Position numbers and translations under genes: made by a program
The notes under the pieces: generated by a model
Database searches by the model: none
What the model saw: the letters and a program-made list of their open reading frames with translations, nothing else
Told to the model about the DNA's origin: nothing
Part shown: positions 62,699 to 64,000 of the stretch, piece after piece
Numbering within the stretch: the first letter of the stretch is position 1
How the letters are laid out: each line of letters begins with the position of its first letter
NCBI RefSeq assembly: GCF_963921235.1
Contig: NC_086097.1
Coordinates: 106,394,001 to 106,458,000 of the forward strand
Length of the DNA stretch: 64,000 nt
Reading direction: 5' to 3'
DNA from: Mobula hypostoma
Taxonomy: Eukaryota

Positions 62699-63154
62699 TT
62701 TCAGGGTGTGATACTCCTTAGAGTGAAGTCTGCAGCAACAGGGTTGGACAGTGTAATGAATCTCCAGTGAATAAAATATGGCCTGTAGACCCCATTCAGC
62801 CCATGGGATGGTCCATTGGGTGCACCTACACAGCACACATGCTGTCTGCATAGTCCTGTGAAATTCCTTCTGTTCCATCTCACCACTTACCTGTTTGCCC
62901 TGGAAAATTCTGCTTTTGACCTGTGAAGTTGACTACTTACCTGCATTCCACAAGGTCCTAGTGTCTCTGACATTAATGTTTCAATCTTAAATTGCTGAAG
63001 TATGTTTTCGTTTAATTGTACAATCAGGAGATGACTCCAGTAATATAAAATTGTGATGATCACACATGCCTGCACAAGTGAAAATTTCCACTCCTCAATA
63101 TTTAAAGGGAGCCTCACAACCTTCTAAATACAGATTGGGTGATGATAATTATAA

Positions 63155-64000
63155 TCACAGTCAGAATCAGGTTTAATATCACTGGCATATTTGCAGCAAC
63201 AGTACACTGCAACACATAATAAAAAACTATAAATTACAATAAGAAGTATGTACATAAAAAAGTAAATTAAATTTATTAAGTAGTGCAAAGAGAGAGCAAA
63301 ACAATACTGAGATTCATGGTTCATTATCCATTCAGAAATCTGATGGCGGAGGGAAAGAATCTGTTCTTGAAACGTTGAGCTTGTGTCTTCAGGCTCCTGT
63401 ACCTTTTCCTTGATGGTAGCAATGAGAAGAGGACATGTCCTGGGTGACGGAGGTTCTTAATGACAGATGTGCCTTTTTGATGCATCACTTTTTGAAGGTG
63501 TCCTGGATGTTGGGGAGACTAGGGTCCATGATGGAGCTGGCTCAGTTTACAAATTTCTACAGCTTATTTTAATCCCATCAGGTGCCCCCACCCCATACCA
63601 GACATTGGTGCAGTTAGAATGCTCTCCACGGGTAGAAATTTGCGAATGTTGTTGGTGACATATCAATTCTTCTCAAACTCCTAATGAAATATAGCTGCTG
63701 GCATACTTTCTTTGTAATTTAATTAGTAAGTTGGGCCAGGATAGGTCCTCAGAGATGTTGACACTCAGCAATTTGAAACCATTCACACTTTCCACTTCTG
63801 ACCCCTCAATGTGTGTTCCCTTGACTTCTCTTTACTGACGTTCACAATGAATTCCTTGGTCTTACTGATGTTGAGTGCAAGGTTGTTGCTGCGATGCCAC
63901 TCAACCAACTGATCTATCTTGCTCCTGTACACCTCTTCATCATCATCTGAAATTCTGCCTACAACAGTAATGTCATCGGCAAATTTATACATGACGACTG
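63155..64000 (-). mobile_element. Rex1-type LINE 3' part, runs off the window
   Basis: YKFADDITVVGRIS..NNLALNISKTKE; (ctgatt) tail; similar to 34820-35191. Confidence 0.88.

Noticed and set aside
62941..62994. Possible minus-strand exon ending CAG|gtaagt (second donor near 62890)
   Set aside because: Good donors but no convincing polypyrimidine acceptor

Overview
This is vertebrate nuclear DNA, most likely from a cartilaginous fish (shark or ray). The inference rests on HE1/V-SINE-type SINEs and CR1 (HER1-like) LINE tails. The window is dominated by nested transposable elements: many CR1 LINEs (one apparently intact full-length copy at 35192-39713, minus strand), Rex1/L2-clade LINE fragments, non-coding retroposons sharing the Rex1 3' tail, tRNA-derived SINEs, Penelope-like elements with hammerhead-ribozyme-like motifs, solo LTRs, and Tc1- and hAT-type MITEs. 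A few short minus-strand segments with strong splice sites suggest a widely spaced, unidentified host transcript. Main observations: (1) four CR1 copies, spanning divergent lineages, end ORF1 with an in-frame U_UUA_AAC slippery heptamer directly before the stop. In the two copies with an undamaged junction, ORF2 lies in the -1 frame with no ATG ahead of the endonuclease, which suggests -1 ribosomal frameshifting into an esterase-EN-RT fusion. (2) The CR1 5'UTRs are tandem ~170-bp promoter monomers, and two independent insertions start at the same monomer position about 30 nt after a TATA-like box. (3) One CR1 insertion has three internal segments each inverted in place, and it joins one lineage's ORF1 to another lineage's ORF2. 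All family names come from pattern recognition only; no database searches were run.
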